Assembly (NCBI GenBank): GCA_030704615.1
Contig: CM060733.1
Coordinates: 69,316,001-69,380,000, forward strand
Length of the DNA stretch: 64,000 nt
Source of the DNA: Takakia lepidozioides
Taxonomy: Eukaryota > Plantae > Bryophyta
Direction: 5' to 3'
A program made the position numbers and the translations under genes. Positions 13,173-25,814 of the stretch are shown here, one piece after another; the first letter of the stretch is position 1; each line of letters begins with the position of its first letter. The notes beneath the pieces were generated by a model. That model was not told the DNA's origin and searched no databases. It saw only the letters and a list, made by a program, of their open reading frames with translations.

Positions 13173-14112
13173 TGTTAGAGGGCTGCTTGGGACTTAGACG
13201 CTTTTACGGGTTCTGTGGGGTACCCTTAATTTTTGCGCAGATTGAGACCAACAGGAGCCTTAGGGGTGGCAGCAGCAGGCTTTAGGGGGGTTACACAGCC
13301 CGACACAGCTTTACACAGCCCGTCACAGCCCGACACAGCCCACCACAGCCCGACACAGCCCGTCACAGCCAGTCACAGCCACCACAGTTTCGCACAGCCC
13401 ATCACAGCCAACACAGCTCGACACAGCCCAACACAGCCGACACAGCCTTACATAGCCAGTCACAGCTCGGCACAGCTTGACACAGCCTGTCACAGTACAT
13501 GGGGATCAGTTATCATTGACAGGGAACGACTGTGAGGGAACGACATCTGCAGAAGGAACGTGTTACTTCAGGGATGACGGTTAATTAGTTAGGTGGTTAG
13601 AACAGCTTGCGGGCAGATAAAGAGAGCGGCAACGGAAGGAAGGACACTTCACGGGGAGCGCTTCTGGATCATGCATGAGAGGAGATCAGGCGGGGAGCAA
13701 GAAGGAGGAAAGATGAACAGTAGATGCTGATTACCTGCAGAGCTATAGTGATATGGTAGGGTAGATTAGAGTCACCATGGCATTGGCCTGATACCTGATA
13801 AATCGTAATCTGATACTTATTCGATACAAACACACTGTGTAGCGTGACATGAGTGAAGCTGTGGAATGAATGCATGATTAACTGGAACTTAATAGATACT
13901 GATGCAATCTGATGCTTCAGTATACACGGTAAGATAAATTGATAACATGAAGGCAAGAAGGAATACAAATAGGAAGCACAACCATGATTCACTAGCTGCA
14001 GGTCATGACTGATTGTTCTAAGCGGGCTGAGTGCTTAGAGATATCCAACTCTTCTATCTTGGAGTTTCCACCTCGGATAACGAAGGGATGGGTGAGTAAA
14101 AGCCGCTCGACA
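13173..14112 (+). repeat. 3' LTR (940 bp; longer than the 5' LTR because of extra CACAGCC repeat units)
   Basis: Same termini as 1871-2733; followed by TSD AGGCC. Confidence 0.95.
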
Positions 14113-15305
14113 AGGCCCACGGCAGAGAGTTGGGTGACAAAATGATAGTAAGCTGAAAGTACCTATGAGGCAGGGCCTACAATGTGCGTGTCGTCTGCCA
14201 CCGACGGAAAAAGACAAGATGAGTGAGCTTGTGCAGAAGCCGTGAGGGCGCGGACATGAGCCATGGCAAACAAAGGTCCTCCTAAAGGGTCGCCTTGGCG
14301 GGTCCCAACCTCGGACTAAATGATGGAGCACTCACCTAGGCGAGAATGATGACTGTAGTATAGGGGAGTGGTGGATGCATAGAATAATCGAACAAACGGA
14401 ATGAGCTGGTGGAAATCTCCTCCGGCTGAATGGAGCTCCTGAAAGATAGCCGCTCGTGACACAATGTTGAAAGCGTTGGTGACGTCGACCTGGAGAACCA
14501 CCCAATCCGGATGAAGATCAAGAGCTGCACGAATCCCCTAAACCACCACCTTGCAACCGCCTGGAGTGGCGACCCCGAACTGGTGCGGAAAGAGGTGTCC
14601 GGAGAAGGCATCTCGAAACTGAAGACAAAGTGAGTGGCTGACAAGGCGGTAAAGAACCTCTCCAACTGCGATAGGGCGGATGCTAGTACCTGAGGGTTTG
14701 CTCATAGCCAACAATCTGGAGGCCCCAAGGAGACGGGCCACTGGGGCAGGGATACGGCCAGCAGCAATAAAAGAGCAAATCTGAAATAGTTGAGAGAAGC
14801 CACTAGCAGAGTCATGTGGAGAGAAACAGTCGTGTAAGTGCTCATACAGGAGACCGGAAGGACCTGCCGCTGCAAGATGGGGACTGCGCATGAAGGCCTA
14901 AGTGAAGACCTCCCGATCTAGCTTGAGATCCTGGTCTGGCTCGAAGTCCTCAATAAAAAGCGGCAGAATATCCTGAGCTGATGGGTGAAGGGCTTCGAGG
15001 GCAGTGACAGTATCCGGTGATGGAGGCGCTGGTGAGGAAGGTGCTAAAGCCTTGGCCGCGCGTGAGTACTTGCCAACGCGGCCTAACATGAGACTATGAC
15101 GAAGTCGCCTGTGGGCCGACGAGGGTGGCTGCGTGGAGGAAGCGGGAGGGGCGCGTGCCGCAAGGGCTAGTGCCCGTAATTGATGCTCATCTTGCAGACT
15201 CTCCCAATCTCCAGATAAAAAACGGCGAAGACGGATGCGCGTCTCTCTGTGCCCTGACTGACCGCCACAAGCGGGCAAAACCAAACACCACTGAGGAAAT
15301 AACAA
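14113..15305 (-). mobile_element. CRE-clade non-LTR retrotransposon, RT domain (5' continuation of 150-1870)
   Basis: LLLFPQWCLVLP.CGG...RLRRFLSGDW; SAAGPSG-like; IRPIAVGEVLYRL; FPHQFGVATPGGC; VLQVDVTNAFN; RQGDPLGG; ADDTHIVGP. Confidence 0.9.
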
Positions 15306-15810
15306 GAGCCGTGTTGAAAGCAAGGGCTTTAGCAGCAAGATCAGCAGATGCAAACATAATGGAGTAGAAACCCCTACCCAACGGGATGCAAAAATGCATG
15401 ATTAAACCCCCAGCAGCACCCAGGTGCTCAAGGGCCCATCTTCGTGCCCAATATCTATCTCTGGCACGCCCAGGGAAATGCACAAGGATTCCCTGCTCCT
15501 TGAGTGCATGCGAATGCTCTCTCACGACCTCCATGTTCAGCTCCAGAACTGGCTGGCTTTTGGACGTCTTTCCTGCAGATTTGCTCCATAATTGCGTTGA
15601 ACGAGTAGGGGAGAGTACCCGATCAGAGCCCAAAACTCCAAGATCAAAACGAGCAGCTCTGCTATCGGAATTTCTGCGGAAGGACTCCCTGGGTTTAATC
15701 CTGTTGTCGTGCCTGTCGGATCTGGGGACATTGCTTTCCGGTTGGAAACCCAATCTGTGGACGTTGTCCCGGCGACGAGGGACGGCGAAAACAAAAGAAG
15801 CCATAGACAA
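15306..15810 (-). pseudogene. L1-type ORF1 N-terminal fragment (DUF4283-like)
   Basis: LKEQGILVHF...RRWA...PLGRGFYSIMFASADLAAKAL fits the plant L1 ORF1 LGxGxFxxxF motif; truncated against the CRE element. Confidence 0.55.
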
Positions 15811-16583
15811 TCGATGAAGGAACCTCGAAAGGCACGTAAAAACTATCTAGGCTGAAACGAGGGAAGGATAGCGGGGGAGAGACACCAGAAACACCAGGTG
15901 ATAAAAATCTCTGCGCAAGACTCCTGAGACGTTGGAAACACCATATGACGAAGCTGTCCGATAGAAGGCCTGCCAGAGGTTCACGGAGCTCAAGAATCAT
16001 AAGTAAGAAAGGGGGCGCGGGAGAGAGAAGCTCCCACCAGGACGCCTGCGCTTAATTGCCATAAGGTCTTCACATGGCTCAGAGAGCGAGGAGGATGATC
16101 AACAGCCGAGATGAGGGCACCCAATGAAGGAGCCGTAAGAAGCATAAACGCCCCTGGGGAAAATGTCAGAAGAGAGACACCGAAGCTGCAGCGGGAGACA
16201 AGCTGCCAAGCAGAGAAGAGGTCTATGGCGAGCTAGTAATGAGTCACGGGCCCCAAGAATCATTTTCCCCGCTGGCTTGTTCTACCTTCTCATGTGCTGA
16301 TTCCACAACATGGCTTCTAGTTGAGGAAACTAGACCTTTTTTCTTTCTTGCAATTCTGTTTTTAACCCCCTGAATGCTCAGTGTATGGATGCTTTTCGCT
16401 AGGCTGCCAGGTTCAAGATGTTTCCCCTGTCTCCTTGTCATGATAAAGGCACTCTCTTTGACCAGCCTTGGGGATTATCAAGACCTATCCCGAGGCCAAG
16501 ACCCTTCATTTCCACATGTTCAGATTGCAAGTTTTCAAGCCATCAATTCATGGTACCACCATGGGCTTTTCCACCGATCCTCC

Positions 16584-17820
16584 ATGAATTGTTCTCTTGT
16601 CACCTGGAATGTGCGGGGCATTGGTTCCAAGGCTACTATGCCCAAACGCAGACGTCTCCAACGTTGGGCTGCTTCCTTAATCAACTCCAACAGCATCATC
16701 TTCCTGCAGGAGCACAAGTTAGACCAGGCTAAGATAGATGCGATTGGCGGTTCATTCTGGCCTCCTTGTGCGAGCTAGTGGAACCCTACGATAGCTGACT
16801 CCCGGGGTGGGACTGCCATCCTCGTGTCCCCGGCGTTGCTTCCTTCATTTTCCACAGTGGAATCTTGGATGCAGGGCCGTGCGCAATATGCCTTTGCGAG
16901 CCAGAATTCTGCCTTTTCAGGAGTGTGCTTTTGTGAATATATATGCTCCAAACTCTGTAAATGGGAGGGTGGCATTCTGGTCTTTTTTAAGACAGAAGTT
17001 TTTGAGCCTCCCTCATATCACTCATTGGGTATTAGGTGGAGACTTTAATATGGTCGAACAATCGAGTGATAGGCTCATCCCCTCTTCTCCTTGCCTTTCA
17101 GTGGAAGAATCTGATGCGTGGGAATCCTTTTGCTTTACAGCAAGAATTGTTGACTCTATGGATGAATGCTCGAGAGGCCTTCGCTTTACCTAGTCAAACA
17201 ACCGGCTGCCCCCAGATTTACATATGGCTCGATTAGACAGGGTATACTTCTCCCCCATTCCTCTCATCTGGGCTGTGATTCAGCCGCAGGGCCCGGTGCT
17301 TCCAAACTTCGATCATGCCAGTGTTTCTGTGTCTTTTTCCCTCCCGGGGGCCAAAGCCAAGCAGAGCGGCTTCTTTAGGCTAAACCCTGCTTTCTTGAAA
17401 ATCCCCTCCTTCCTGCAGCAGCTAAAAGCCATGTGGACATCTTCTGGGACAGAGTTTACCTCCCCCACCATGAGATTCCTTAGTAGATTGGAGAACTCCA
17501 GGAAATTGGCGAGATCCTTGGCCTTATCCTTTGCTGAGGGTAGAAATAAACAGGAGAAAGCGCTTCTTAAATGTCTTGCTCAGTGCCTAAAAGTAATTGA
17601 GTCCAACTAGATGGGGCCCCAAACGATGTCCTCATACAATTTGGCGAAGAGGAACTTAGCAGAGCTCCTTGAAGATAAAAATGAAGCCCTTCGTAGAAAA
17701 GTTGGAGTGAACTGGTCGCTGAAGGGAGAAAAGATGAACCGTTATTTTTTTCTTAAGGCTAAGCAAAGGCGAGAAGCAACCACGATTAGTGCCCTTCAGG
17801 ATGGCCAGGGGGTTTCCCTC
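16584..17820 (+). pseudogene. L1 LINE ORF2 apurinic endonuclease plus linker, 3'-truncated
   Basis: VTWNVRG, IIFLQEHKL, GGTAILV, VNIYAPN, LGGDFN, RLDRVY, DHASV, FFRLN, W...GEK..RYFF; several stops. Confidence 0.9.
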
Positions 17821-17998
17821 ATTTATAGTACATTTGGTTTATCTAATAATATAGTATAATGGTAAGCATACATGAATCCAAATTACGACATAAGTATTGA
17901 TGCGTCGTACACTACGCATATTGTAGCCACGACTTGATGCCCAAGCTCGCAATCACATTGCACATGAGGCATTTCGCGCCGGTCTGCTTGCATAATTT

Positions 17999-18900
17999 GT
18001 GCCAGAGCCTGTGCCTGATGTGACCAGTTGGTTCCCCCAGCACCACGTAGATGAGATGCGTAGGGTCAAGGGGTATCGTAGGTGTCGTAGGCATTATGGC
18101 CGGCGACGAGCAGACCCAACCCCCCCTCCGGTTTCCTCAGGCGGTCCCCCTGATCCAGTGTCCTCATCTGATGGTTCTCCGCACTGTACATGCAGTAGCA
18201 GCTTGCAGGCCGATTGTGCCTCCCCCCCCCCCCCCCCCCCGTCTGTTTCTTTGCCTGATCCGGACGTTGTACCCCCGGCTGCACGTCCGGCATTACATCC
18301 TCAATCACCTCCACTTTCATCTCCTCCGCCAGCAGTACCACCTCCACCTCCACGTGCATGTGCCTCCCGAACCCCTAGGAGGGGTCGGCTTCGCCCTAGG
18401 TTTCCTCCCCTTCGGCTTGGGCGGCTTGAGCCGGATCCTCGCCCCCGATGGGAAGCGCACATAATTATGTTACTGAGGACCGTCCAGCCTCGTTGTTGGG
18501 GGAATCATCTCGACCCTCCTACCCCCATCCGAGAGAATGTGGAGTTTGAGTATTGGGGGAGACGGTATGTTGTGAGAGCCGCTACTGACCCTACTATGGG
18601 TACGGTTTATTCACGGTCAATGATATTGTGGTACTTCATCCTCGGAGAAACGGCATGGTGGACTTGTTTCCCTACTACGGTCCATACTACACCTCCGGGG
18701 AGTTCCGTACATTACGCCTCAAAGGGATGCACATGTTTGTCATGACATGTGCTTGTAGGACTATTAGGGCTGGCAGCGAGCTATTTGCCTCATACGAGTT
18801 CTCACGGGATGATTGGGACCTCCGGTTACAGCATGAGTGGGATGTGTATGATAGAAATAGGGTTCCTTTGAGACAGGGATCGCGCAGAGGGGCATTGTAG
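17999..18900 (+). pseudogene. Pro-rich protein with a C-terminal SET-domain-like remnant
   Basis: With a frameshift near 18600: MG-YGLFTVNDIV...LFPYYGPYY...TCACRTIRAGSELFASYEF, matching SET motifs GxGLFA..DI, EYxG and A.RDI..GEEL..xY; the central NHS motif is absent. Confidence 0.55.
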
Positions 18901-19572
18901 ATATTCTCATGATGTACTTTGTATACCTCCGATTAATCGATTGATGTAAATATTTTTCTTGTTGCTCGTGTGGGTTGCAACTTTGCATATGTGATCTAAA
19001 CATATTTATGCACATGTGCACCAAATATGAGCTTGAACCAAGTTCATTCAATGGGTCATTCTAGTGTTGAAAGCAGCTACGTGTCGTAGAGACGAAAAAT
19101 TGCGTTTCGCCTGCACATGATTTTTTTTTAATTCCATTTTTAAGCCATATGCTTAATGATAGCATATGCAATGTGCGTGAAAAAATTGGAAGTAAACAAA
19201 AGTCATTTTGACCCAAAACCATATTTTGTTCTCTCATTTGCACTCCAAAGTTGAGTTATCTTTCACTTCATGCACTCTTCATAGAGAGTTCTCCAAAAGT
19301 GACCCTAGAATTTTTTATTTTTTTATTTTCATTTTTTTTCCATTTTTTTTGTCAAATATTTTGCATGGATGTAGTGGTAGAAACCCCGATGTCACAAAAC
19401 AAAATAGAGCCAAAAATAAAATCATTATGCCCCTCAAAACCGCAATCCTATATTTTCTAAATGCAAATATTCCCTTAAGAGCCTATTTTCCAAGAGTTCG
19501 ACCATGCATGCATTTCCTGTCAAATCAATCTCCCAAACTTGCAAAATAGAGGCAAATGATGGTTTAGACTAG

Positions 19573-22500
19573 CACTCGAATCCGCTTGGGCCTCCACAGC
19601 CAATGAAGTACTCTGCCCCATTGAGAGGTTTCAAGCCAAACTCAAACAAACAACCATCACAGCTCAAACCCTCAGTACCCAGATAGCCATCCAGAGGCAG
19701 CGCAAAGTACTTGCTCTCAAGAAATGTCTTAGAACATGCCAAAGGCTCCTAGAACTTGGGAAATTAGATACATTATCGCTGCAAACATATCATGAAGCCA
19801 GGCGGAACCTTGAAGCCTTTGACTCTATAAGGGAGCAGAAGTTTAAATTGCAGGCTGGTATCAATTGGGCTTCAAAGGGGGGAAAGAATGTTGAAATATT
19901 TCTTCGAGAAAGTCCAAGTTCGTAGAACCTCCCAGATTATCTCAGAGCTGCAGGACCCATTAGGTCACTCTTCCTCGAATCCCAAACAAATGGTTTCAAC
20001 GACGCACTCTCACTTTGCAGGGCTCTTCAAACAAAGACCAGACTCGCAAAGCATTATTGTGGCCAGAGAAACTTGCCTGCGCAATCATCAAACCAAGCTC
20101 ACCCAATCAGGCGCAGTCTCTCTGGATGGGGAGTTCACTGAAACTGAGCTCTCGAAAGCCTTGAAGTTTATGTCCAAACGGAAATCTCCAGGCATAGACG
20201 GTATGTCTGTTGAATTTTACAACACCCTCTGGAAGGTATTATCCAAGGACTTCTGTGCAATGGCAAATGAGATCAAAAGAAAAGGATCAATGCCAAGACA
20301 AATGGCTCAGGGAGTAATTACTCTTCTCTTCAAAAAGGGGGACAGAAAGCAGATTTCAAACTATAGGCCTATAACATTGCTCAATGTTTCATACAAGATC
20401 ATTGTAAAGGCCCTTTGCCTATAGCCTCTTCTTCCAACCATCATAAGGCCTGGTCAAGCTGGGTTCGTCAAGGGAAGATATATCCTTGACAATATTTTGT
20501 TGGCACAAGAGACCCCAATCTATGCAGAATCCACTGGGCAACACATAGCCATGCTTCTTTTGGACTTTGAAAAAGCGTTTGATACGGTAGAATGGCCAAT
20601 GCTGTTTGCGACACTCCAAAAAACAGGGCTCTCAAAAGACTTTTGTCACTGGGTTGAAATACTCCTCCTCAACGCATCCAGTAGGGTTACAGTGAATGGG
20701 TTCATCTCTAAAAAATTTGACCTTCAAAGATCAGTTCGTCAAGGATGCCCACTGGCTCCATTCCTCTTCCTCATAGTGGCAGACTCTCTGGGATATCTCT
20801 TGGACAGTAACCCAAATATACCTGGGCTCCAAATCAAAACGCAAGCCAACAAGAACCTCCAGATCAAAGACTCAATGTTTGTAGACGACACGGTTTTATA
20901 CCTTCAGGCCACGGATGCCAACCTGTAGGAGGCAACTGAAACTCTGGCTACTTTTTGTGAAGCTTCTGGATTAAAATAAACTGGGCAAAAACAGTTGCCA
21001 TTCTAGCTGGAGACACAACCACCATTCCTGTTGGGTTCAGCCCCAATTGGGGGGGGGAATTTGGGTCTCAACTGGCTTCAACATTGTGAAGTTACTACCC
21101 TGCTTGGGCACCCATTTGGGATTAACCTTTCAGACGACCAGAGGTTGGGCCATGTCATAGTCAAGCTAAAAAAGAAGCTAGTTTACTGGGGTTCCCGTCA
21201 TCTTTCAATTACTGGAAGGGCTCTAGTAGCCAACCAAATTCTTCTAGCCAACATATGGTACTTTGCTTCTGTTTGGAGGCCCTCGGCTCCACAGGTCAAA
21301 CAAATCCAAAAAACCATCTGTAACTTTATATGGGGCGCAGATTCAGATGCCAGGAATCCTAGACCAGCAGTCTCTTGGGCCCAGATTTGCCTTCCAAGAA
21401 AGAAAGGTGGCTTGGGGATCATTGATCCAAGAACCCAAATATTGGCTCTCTTGGGAAAATGGATAGTAAGGCTATTAGGGCCTGAAGGCGGATGGTGGAA
21501 GCATCTAGTTTATCAGCACATTCTCAAAAGTTCCCCTCTCAAAACCAAAACATGGAGCCCATCTCTCCGATGGATCACACAGGGTTTTAGACACAAATCT
21601 TGTGGTTCCCCTTTATGGAGAGCCATATGGGATGTTTGGAGATCCATTCGGCCCCGGTTGGTTAAAGAGGACCCAAAATCATATGAGGAAACCATGCACC
21701 AATTCCTTACCCTCAATTGCAACAATCCTTCCGCTGCAGACAAAGCCTCTGCTGCAAAATTCTCAGCCTGGGATAAATTAAACATAGCCCAAATCAAAGA
21801 CATTTGGGGCGGTCGGGATTTTCTGCCTCTGGACCAAATTAATCCAATAGTTGGTCCTCAAAGAGGGACGTCAGGTTACCACCAGTTTATTCAAAATATT
21901 CCTAACAACTGGATTCAAACTCTCACAGCGGGCCCTCAGCAAGCTTGCCCTGGCAGCTGGGTCACTTGCTCCGCATCCCTTCATCAGGTTATATACATCA
22001 CTGAAGCTCGGCCCAACCACTTTTAGGGTATAGTTCTAAACAAAATTGAGCTATCAAACTTTCTTGTGGTTGAATCATTGAATCCAGTGACTATCTCTGC
22101 TGGGCAGTTCACTCCAGTTCGTATCTGTCATTGGTCTTCTTCTGAAAGAGACATGAACCCCGAGTGCTCCAATGGAACAACCCCTAAATGATTAGCTCTC
22201 ATCTCAATTATTCTCTGGGTGGAAGGTGTGCCCTTTATGGGGGTCATGGTGGACCCAAAGGAACGGTCCTGGAATTTCGGAACATCCTGTCCTTCGTTCT
22301 TCATCTACTCAGCTAAGGCACCATATCGTTCGCTGCTAAAACCTCAGCAATTTAGGGATAAATGGGCCTCCAAATGGGCTGGCTACGGCTTGAATCTGGC
22401 TAGATGGAATCTCATATGGGCCAACATATGGAACAAGGTCAGGCCTGCCAGAGTGGCAGCCTTTCTGTGGCAGGTCGCAAATAGGGTTCTGAAAGTAGGT

Positions 22501-23081
22501 TCCTGGCTGGCATTCTCGGAGGCATTAATTTGCAAATGCTGCAGCATAGGGATGACATAATCTCTGGAGCACTGTCTTCTCCGTTGCAGTATCCCATCAA
22601 AAACCTGGCCCCGCCTCACACCCATCATGCAGATATGGGAACCTGGAATCCCCTCGGCAACCCACAAGCTTCTTAACTATGATGGAAACCTTCACAGCAT
22701 ACACAGTCACTGTCCGGTTTATGAGGCATTCAGATTTCTCTCTCTATGGAACATCTGGAAAGTAAGATGTTTATGGGTTTTAAATAGAGAGAAGACTTGT
22801 CTCTTTGTGCTTTTATCTACAATATTCCATGAGGTGCAAATTGAGGGAAGAAAGGCCTGGGCAAATTTAAAGGCTAAACATAAAAGTGGGCGGTAATTTG
22901 TGTTTTGAACAGAACTGCAGACATCAGCAGGAATCCAGAGGCTGAATATCAGCTTGTCAGCAAATTCAAATGCTCTTGGGGGAAAGACAACATCATTTGC
23001 AACTGCTCTTCGTCGGCAATCTGTCTCTGGACCAGAGGACCACTAGACTCCTGGCAAGGGGCAATCACTGCACTACCATGA
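19573..23081 (+). mobile_element. Second L1 LINE, 5'-truncated: linker, RT and zf-RVT-type C-terminus; many stops
   Basis: KSPGIDG, LLFKKGD..ISNYRPITLLN, LDFEKAFD, RQGCPLAP, FVDDT, LSITGR, VSWAQICLPRKKGGLG, AFLWQV...C..C...SLEHCL..C. Confidence 0.92.
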
Positions 23082-23489
23082 CTCACCGGGTTCGATAGGG
23101 AAACTAATTGGAAGCACATCAATGGCAGAGACTCGACTCGGCTTAGCTTCGGCAAGTAGCGACCTCCAACGTCAGCTGCTATTCCATTCTCCCTTGACTC
23201 TGTCTCCAAGTTCACCTCACTCTAAGTGTTCTCTTTATTTTTATCTCTCTTAGGCTCCAATCCCTGTTTGAAGTGGATCGCTCACAACTGATCTTTCCAC
23301 TGCTTTCTTCTCTCAAGCCGATCTTGGCTTCCTTGTTCTAAACTGCAAGTTCACTTATAGGATGCTCTTTTCATTGATCGCAATGGTAGGAATCTGTCAG
23401 GGCTAGTCGGCATACCCTTGCCCTCATTTGGAGCTCGCATCTCGTGAGCACTAGATTCGCTCTTGGCCCTCTCCTAGCTGTTGTTCTCC

Positions 23490-23658
23490 AAGAGAAAGGC
23501 CACATCTCTTCAGTATGCCTCCATGCTTGTGAATCTTGTGGCCCGCACACCTTTCCCGGGGGGCTCCGATGCGAGGCGTGCCATCTCATCAGTCTGGCCA
23601 ATTCAGGGCTTCGGTACTGTGCCCTCAATCGCGGGATGATCGAAAAGTAATGCATTTT
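23490..23658 (-). pseudogene. CACTA (En/Spm) TnpD exon fragment
   Basis: ag|KMHYFSIIPRLRAQYRSPELARLMRWH...GPQDSQAW, the conserved YFxxIPRL/MRWH/DSxAW block. Confidence 0.8.
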
Positions 23659-23675
23659 CTAGGATGAAATACCCC

Positions 23676-24860
23676 ACGTCCCTAGTGGAAATTCCCTTTG
23701 GTTGTTGGCAGTCCGGAACAGCTCCCCACACCTTGGTTGCTTTCCGGCTCGCACGCTTACTCACTAGCTTTTGGTCACCAATGGGCTTGCACCATTCTCG
23801 GGGTTACTACTCCCTATATATACTTCTGTAGGTATCCATAGGTTCCACAAACAGCCAAGTCCAAATCTGGTGCACCACCACCTAGACCCTTGATTCCCTG
23901 TGATGAGTCGCGATGAGTCTTGGCCCACCCACCACGGCCCCAATGGACCGCGGTGAGTCCCAAGACTCCCCATGACTCTCACCACAAGGCCTCAGCCTCA
24001 TGGTGAGTCCTATGCCACCCCCACTATGACTCCCTAAACTACCACCACCCCTCGTGGAGTCCCCCCACCGCAACCCGGTTTGCGGGGCTCCACCTAGTGA
24101 ATGCCTCCGCCTCCTGAGTGCCTTCAGCACTCAAGGGTGCTTCAGCCCCCTTCCCTATTTGTTGCCGCTGCCCCCACCAGGGCAGCCCCTCTTGTGTCCC
24201 GACCTCCCGCCCTCAAGGCAAAGGGCCGCGACACTTTCTAACGACAAGTATTCACGAGTGGTTTCCCCGGTGCCTAGTTCTCCATTTTCTCCGTCGGCAA
24301 GGTCAGCTAGTCCCTCGCCATCGTTAATGTCAACCATGGGACATATTCCAAGACTGCTTGAGGTACCCATTGTGGTTCCAGCAGGTCTTGCCCCACTAAC
24401 ATTGCCCATGCATTTGCCTTCGTTCTCTGGGGAAGCACATGAGAACCCAGAGTATCATGTGAAAAATTGTATTCAATGTTGCTATTCTAACCAAGCATTG
24501 GATGATGCTTATTGGCTAATCTGGTTTCCCACCACCATGAGGGGGAGAGCATCTACTTGGTACTGGTAGCAGGCACCAGGAACATTTATCACTTGGTTGC
24601 AGATTTGCGACGCCTTTTTGGATCACTTCCGGGCGGTGCACCAATTCACTAGTCCTGATGGCATTAGCATGAATCCGTCAAGGCCCCACAGAGGAGGTAG
24701 CGGACTTCAAGACGAGATTCAGGGAGCTGATGAGGCTTCAAAATCCTTTGATCCCTTTAGATGACGGGGTGCTCAAGGACTATTTTCTGAGTGGTTTACG
24801 AGATATCAGTTCCATGTTTTGCAGCAGAGACCTGCAACTTTGGCAGATGCCATAAAACCT
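23676..24860 (+). mobile_element. Gypsy-type 5' internal region and gag fragment
   Basis: LPSFSGEAHENPEYHV...FPTTMRGRASTWY*QAPGTFITWLQICDAFLDHF (Retrotrans_gag). Confidence 0.75.
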
Positions 24861-25814
24861 AGCACCAGTCACGGCACCAGTTGTTCCCTAATATGCAAGT
24901 GCAGTACTGCCCACCAGCTCACATGCGGATTCGAGTGGGCAATCTGATTCGTGAGTGGGTCATTTAGAAGCCCAAGTGATGTCTCTCATGAAGACGATCA
25001 TTACAGCAAAAGGGGGGGGGGGGGGCAATGTCAGCCGCACCCCCATGCCCCGCGCGGCACCGAGCGTGCGAGGGCAACCCCGCGGCGCCTTTTTGCAATG
25101 CCGGGCCGTTGCAAACAGACCCTCCGGGTCGCCACCTAGCGCCGGGGCCAGGCGGCCACGCCCGGCCATCGCACGGGCGCTTGAAGGGCAGAAGGCAGCC
25201 CTTCCGTGTGACGCCCAAGTGTTGCCCCCTAGCAAAGGGCAGAAGGCAGCCCTTTCTTGCCCTTTCTCTCAACACAACCCTTTCTTGCGACGCCAGGCCG
25301 TCGCATGGTGGCATGAAGGGCAAAAGGCCCCTGCGACGGCCGGGCGTCGCAAACAGGGGCTGCCATTTTCTTTCAAAACAAAAAAAAACAGGTCGCAGCC
25401 TACAACAACGTTCCGACGCCGCTTGCGACCCCCGGCCTCACAAATCCAAAAAAAAACGTCGCAAAAGTGTCGCAGGCAGCGACGACAGGGCTTTGTAGGT
25501 TTAGGTTTAGGGCTTTTTGGGGTTCTTTGTTTTAGTTTTTAGTTTTTTTTTCATATGGTATTGGGGTAGGGTGTTTGTTTTTCTTTATGGTGTAGCTTGT
25601 TGTTGTGGACCTTCTTGTAGATTGTGACATTCATTTTGATAATTCTCTTGACACCACATCTATATGTGTTGCTCCAACATATTCATTGCCTCTACCTTCT
25701 TTCTTGAAAGACTACCAGCCACAACCATATTTGATCAATCATAGAAATAAGCTACAATATGCGTGTACATGTACAATCAATCGAAGGGATGGGTACAGTT
25801 CGGTGCGAGAATTA

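Larger units (their letters stand above)
1871..14112 (+). mobile_element. Ty3/Gypsy LTR retrotransposon (non-chromovirus, Tat/Ogre/Athila-like) with both LTRs and TSD; internally rearranged and decayed
   Basis: TG...CA LTRs at 1871-2733 and 13173-14112; 5-bp TSD AGGCC (1866-1870, 14113-14117); PBS after the left LTR; PPT before the right LTR; gag, RT, RNase H and INT present. Confidence 0.95.

Noticed and set aside
17821-19572. Helitron (ATCTAATAAT near 17841, CTAG near 19569)
   Set aside because: No 3' GC hairpin, CTAG is not followed by T, and no Rep/Hel sequence.
25495-25515. Interstitial telomere
   Set aside because: Only 2-3 imperfect TTTAGG(G) units.
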